64,000 bases of DNA from Nitrospirota bacterium (GTDB taxonomy: Bacteria; Nitrospirota; Thermodesulfovibrionia; Thermodesulfovibrionales; JdFR-86), in assembly GCA_963721805.1 (NCBI GenBank), contig CAVRJY010000001.1, positions 1,216,001-1,280,000 of the forward strand, given 5' to 3'. Under the pieces are notes generated by a model that was not told the origin of the DNA, did not search any database, and worked only from the letters and a program-made list of their open reading frames with translations. Below, piece after piece: positions 59,981 through 64,000 of this stretch. Every line of letters begins with the position of its first letter. Position 1 is the stretch's first letter. Made by a program: the position numbers and the translations under genes.

Positions 59981-61071
59981 CGCCTGGTTATCTCTTCGTA
60001 GATCTTGATTATGCGTTTGGCGTTGCGCACGACGTCGAACTCGCGTTCGGCCTTGAGGCGGCCGTTTCGGCCCATGCTGGCGCGCAGCGCAGGGTTGTCG
60101 AGGAGGCGAGTTATCGCCTCTTGAAGGGCGGCAGGGCTTGATGGCTCAACGAGCAGTCCGTTATGGCCGTGCTCGACGACCTCGGGGTTGCCCCCCACGT
60201 TGGTCGCGACCGCTGGCTTTGCAGCCGCGAGCGCCTCGATGAGCGCCCGGCTGCAGCGCTCTTCGAGCGAGGGCAGGGCCACAATGTCGATCCCCCGGAG
60301 CGCGGGGCGGACGTCGTCGAGCGGCCCGGTGAGATGGACGTTTGAGCCGAGCGAGAGCTCGAGGATCGAGCTTTCTACGGTTTCGAGGTAGCCTTCCTCC
60401 GGCGTGTGGCCGCCGACCAGGACGAGCCTGGCATCGGGGTGGGGGCCGAGTATGCCGGGCATCGCGCGGACGAGGTGCTCAACGCCCTTCCGCTCGGTGA
60501 TCTGCCCGACGTATCCCACGACCGGCGCGCCCTCAGGTATCTCGAACCTCTTATGAAGGTAATCGCTCGGCGCGGGGCTGAACGCATCGAGGTCCACGCC
60601 GTTATGGACGGTCTCGGCGTTTGCCGGCGGGTGGCCGTCAAAGAGCCCATTCATAGTGCAGAGGTCGACGAAGACGATACGAGTGGCGAGTTTCCTGAGC
60701 CACGGCCTGAGCCTGCGGCTTCGGGAGATAAACGGATTTTCGCGTATGAACCATACGACCGGCCTGCCGGTCGCGGTCGCGGCTATCGCCGCGTATTTGC
60801 TAAACGGGGTTAACGTGTTTAGGTGCACGAGGTCTATGCGCTCGCGCCGGATGATCTCTGTGAATGTCTTTATGTACCCAAGCCCGAGCGGGCCCTTGTC
60901 GGTGACGACGTAGGAGGGTATGTCCCTGGCCGCGATGCGCTCTATCAGCGGGCCGCTCTCGCGTGTCGCGAATACCGCCGAGTAACCCTCCGGCAGGCGT
61001 TCGATGAGGTTAAGACAGCTTATCGGCGCGCCTGTAAGCGACGCCGAATGGCTTACGAAGAGTATGCGCAT
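59977..61071 (-). CDS. GT4 glycosyltransferase
   Basis: MRILFVSH, GQITERKG, PSLEERCSRALIEA. Confidence 0.88.
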   Translation of the reverse strand: MRILFVSHSASLTGAPISCLNLIERLPEGYSAVFATRESGPLIERIAARDIPSYVVTDKGPLGLGYIKTFTEIIRRERIDLVHLNTLTPFSKYAAIAATATGRPVVWFIRENPFISRSRRLRPWLRKLATRIVFVDLCTMNGLFDGHPPANAETVHNGVDLDAFSPAPSDYLHKRFEIPEGAPVVGYVGQITERKGVEHLVRAMPGILGPHPDARLVLVGGHTPEEGYLETVESSILELSLGSNVHLTGPLDDVRPALRGIDIVALPSLEERCSRALIEALAAAKPAVATNVGGNPEVVEHGHNGLLVEPSSPAALQEAITRLLDNPALRASMGRNGRLKAEREFDVVRNAKRIIKIYEEITRR

Positions 61072-61073
61072 CT

Positions 61074-62081
61074 CTATGCTGCCCCGATGCAAGCCAAAAG
61101 CTCGCGGGACCGGTTGTCATACGTGTGGTCGCTCAGCACGCGCGCCTGCGCCGCAAGCGCGATCTTCGCCCGCTCCTCGGGCCGGCCGGAGTAATACCGG
61201 ATCAGGTCGACCAGTTCGTCAAAAGTGCGGAAGCAGACGATCTCAGCCCCAATCTTCATCATCGGCTCGATGTCCGGCTTGTAGTCCGCAAGCTGAAACC
61301 CCGCGCAGGCCGCAACGTCGAACGTCCTGCTGTTCGTCCCCCGTATGTCGTTAAACGGGTGGTGTACGTTCAGCGAGATCGAGCTTGCGGATATGGCCTT
61401 TGCCTTGGCAATGCCCCTGATGTCGCGGCCGCGCCAGAGCCCGGCCACGGCTGCGTTTGCGGACTTCCCCCAGCCCCTGCCCCAGAGCGCGGGCGAGAAC
61501 TCCAGGAGACCCTCTATCAGCCTGTGCCTGTAGGGGTACATCGAGCCTATGAGTGCCAGGCCCGCGCCGAACTCCTCGCGGTCGGCAGGCGAAAGTTCCA
61601 TCGGCCTGTGGACCTCGTGGTTGGTGCACTGCGGCAGGTAACGGACGTTGCGAAGCCCGGCCTTCTGCAGCGTCTCGACCACATAGGTGTCCTTGACGAA
61701 GAAGTGGTGGCAGGGCTCTATCGCGTCGAAATTGCCCATCAGGATCGGGTTGTCCGTAAATACGTTTACGATCACGGTGGGGGTGCTGAGGCGTATCTCG
61801 CGCAGGGTTTCAGGGGTGATCGTGTCGCCCTTGACGATAAGCATCAGGTCCGGGCGGGTGGTTTTAACGTGGCTGAGCAGGGCGCCGTTCATGTATTGGA
61901 GCCAGTATTTCCTCAGGCGCTTGTCTTTTTCGATGAACGCGAGGCGGCCCTTCCTCTTGTACGCGAAGGTGTCGACGCCATGCCCGAGCTTTTTCAGGGC
62001 AAGCCCGAAGGCCCACCCCTTGTCGTCCATGTGGCGGTCATCCCTCTGATTCTGCTCAGTGCCGACGATTAGAATATTCAT
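61074..62081 (-). CDS. CgeB/YkvP-like glycosyltransferase
   Basis: IGSMYPYR, ISLNVH, NSRTFDVAAC, HTYDNR. Confidence 0.82.
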   Translation of the reverse strand: MNILIVGTEQNQRDDRHMDDKGWAFGLALKKLGHGVDTFAYKRKGRLAFIEKDKRLRKYWLQYMNGALLSHVKTTRPDLMLIVKGDTITPETLREIRLSTPTVIVNVFTDNPILMGNFDAIEPCHHFFVKDTYVVETLQKAGLRNVRYLPQCTNHEVHRPMELSPADREEFGAGLALIGSMYPYRHRLIEGLLEFSPALWGRGWGKSANAAVAGLWRGRDIRGIAKAKAISASSISLNVHHPFNDIRGTNSRTFDVAACAGFQLADYKPDIEPMMKIGAEIVCFRTFDELVDLIRYYSGRPEERAKIALAAQARVLSDHTYDNRSRELLACIGAA

Positions 62082-62218
62082 GGTGGTCCGTGAATATATA
62101 GTTTATAATAAAGGCGTGACGTATGTCATTAACCGCCATAAGTCCTGCATTGATTTTTAAGGCTTTATGGTAAAATAGTAACCTTGTAATCTCAAACGCA
62201 AGGAGAGGCGCGAGGCAT

Positions 62219-63958
62219 ATGAAACTTACCGGTGCAGAGATTCTGATCGAGGGCCTCAAACGCGAGGGCGTAAAGTACGTCTTCGGATACCCCGGAGGCG
62301 TGGTCCTCAACATCTTCGACCTGCTGTATGACGTAAAGGAGCTAAGCCTGATCCTTACGCGCCACGAGCAGGGCGCGGTGCACATGGCCGACGGCTACGC
62401 CCGCGCACTCGGCAAGCCCGGCGTGGCGCTCGTCACCTCGGGGCCGGGCGCGACGAACACCGTCACCGGCCTGGCGACCGCGTACATGGACTCGATCCCG
62501 ATGGTCGTCTTCACCGGACAGGTCCCTACGATGCTGATCGGCAATGACGCGTTTCAGGAGGCCGACATCGTCGGCATCACGCGGCCGTGCACGAAGTACA
62601 ACTTCCTCGTGAAGGACGTCGCGGACCTCGCGCGTACGATCAAGGAGGCTTTCTATATCGCATCGTCCGGCAGGCCCGGCCCTGTGCTGATCGACCTGCC
62701 TAAGGACGTCACGGTCGAGCGCGCGAATTTCGTGTGGCCGGACAAGCTCGACATCCGCAGCTACAAACCCACCTACGAGGGCAACAAGTGGATGATCCAG
62801 AAGGCCGCCGGGGTGATCAACAAGTCCACGAAGCCGGTCATCATAGCCGGGGGAGGCGTTATCTCATCGGGCGGCTCGAAGGAACTCCTTGAGTTCGCGC
62901 AGAACACGAGCATCCCGGTGGCCACGACGCTGATGGGCCTCGGCGCATTTCCGGGCTCGCATAAACTTTCATTAGGCATGCCGGGCATGCACGGCACCTA
63001 TTACGCCAACAAGGCCATACAGGAGGCCGACCTCCTGATCGCAATAGGCATGCGGTTTGACGACCGCGTGACCGGCAAGACGAGCGCCTTCGCCCCGCAC
63101 GCCAAGATCATCCACGTCGACATAGACCCGACCTCGATACGCAAGAACATACGCGTCGACGTCCCGGTCGTGGGCGACGTCAAGAAGGTCCTCCAGACGC
63201 TCAACAAGCTCCTGCGCGAAGAGGGCAAGGGGCAGTGGGCCGCCGTGCGCAAGGACTGGCTCTTCCAGATAGACGTATGGAAGAAGGAGCACCCGCTGCA
63301 CTACACGTTCTCGGAGGACATCATAAAGCCGCAGTACGTGGTCGAGAAGATATACGAGCTCACCAAGGGCGACGCGATCATCACGACCGAGGTCGGCCAA
63401 AACCAGATGTGGGCCGCGCAGTTCTATAAATACGACAGGCCGCGCACGTTCCTGAGCTCGGGCGGCCTCGGCACGATGGGCTACGGCTTCCCGGCCGCGA
63501 TAGGCGCGCAGTTCGCGCACCCCGACAAGCTCGTCATAGACATCGCCGGGGACGGCAGCATACAGATGAACATACAGGAGCTCGCGACCTCGGTGATCAA
63601 CAAGCTGCCGGTCAAGGTCGCGATCCTCAACAACCGCTTCCTCGGCATGGTGCGCCAGTGGCAGGAGCTGTTCTTCAACGAGCGCTACTCGCACACGGAC
63701 CTCAACGTCACGCCGGACTTCGTGAAGCTCGCCGAGGCATACGGCGCGATCGGGCTGCGGGCTACGAAGCCCTCCGAGGTCGAGCCGGTGCTCAAGGAGG
63801 CGTTCAAGACCAAGAAGACCGTGATGATGGACTTCGTGACCGACTGGCGCGAGAACGTCTACCCGATGGTCCCGGCCGGCGCGCCGATCGACCAGATGCT
63901 CCTTGGCGATCCGCCGAAGCCCGTGGCTGAAAAGAAACGCTTAAGGGCGGTGAAATAA
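62219..63958 (+). CDS. ilvB: acetolactate synthase large subunit, biosynthetic
   Basis: [35 protein letters not shown]...[10 protein letters not shown]. Confidence 0.96.
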   Translation: MKLTGAEILIEGLKREGVKYVFGYPGGVVLNIFDLLYDVKELSLILTRHEQGAVHMADGYARALGKPGVALVTSGPGATNTVTGLATAYMDSIPMVVFTGQVPTMLIGNDAFQEADIVGITRPCTKYNFLVKDVADLARTIKEAFYIASSGRPGPVLIDLPKDVTVERANFVWPDKLDIRSYKPTYEGNKWMIQKAAGVINKSTKPVIIAGGGVISSGGSKELLEFAQNTSIPVATTLMGLGAFPGSHKLSLGMPGMHGTYYANKAIQEADLLIAIGMRFDDRVTGKTSAFAPHAKIIHVDIDPTSIRKNIRVDVPVVGDVKKVLQTLNKLLREEGKGQWAAVRKDWLFQIDVWKKEHPLHYTFSEDIIKPQYVVEKIYELTKGDAIITTEVGQNQMWAAQFYKYDRPRTFLSSGGLGTMGYGFPAAIGAQFAHPDKLVIDIAGDGSIQMNIQELATSVINKLPVKVAILNNRFLGMVRQWQELFFNERYSHTDLNVTPDFVKLAEAYGAIGLRATKPSEVEPVLKEAFKTKKTVMMDFVTDWRENVYPMVPAGAPIDQMLLGDPPKPVAEKKRLRAVK

Positions 63959-63959
63959 G

Positions 63960-64000
63960 ATGAGGCATACAATCACGCTTCAGGTCGAAAACAAGTTCGG
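63960..64000 (+). CDS. ilvN: acetolactate synthase small subunit, truncated by window edge
   Basis: MRHTITLQVENKF directly after ilvB. Confidence 0.75.
   Translation, partial: MRHTITLQVENKF

Overview
GC-rich bacterial chromosomal window from an anaerobe. The gene content (futalosine-pathway MqnD, multiheme cytochromes, uptake [NiFe] hydrogenase, 2-oxoacid:ferredoxin oxidoreductase, CIRCE-regulated groESL) suggests Nitrospirota or Desulfobacterota; this is inference. It carries housekeeping genes that are often cut out of their usual operons (rplT-pheS, lone nuoN, nadA, gltX-glnS-gpsA-larB, hisA-hisF, tilS, ilvB-ilvN), a multiheme cytochrome c/NrfD/cytochrome b redox cluster with a heme-motif sensor kinase (9-18 kb), tRNA-Arg(CCT), a hydrogenase operon (18.5-22.8 kb) and a glycosyltransferase/sulfotransferase cluster (50-62 kb). 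Two signals stand out. (1) The hydrogenase large subunit has an in-frame TGA at the second Cys of the N-terminal RxCGxC motif, followed by a SECIS-like hairpin, while its C-terminal motif keeps Cys. This is a candidate selenoenzyme with Sec at a non-classical position, and its small subunit has Asp in place of a proximal-cluster Cys. (2) Two diverged, inverted copies of an unannotated 'end A - cargo gene - end B' cassette (about 3783-5234 and 35038-37793) carry unrelated cargo genes, have structured ends and encode no recombinase of their own. All calls were made by eye, with no database searches.
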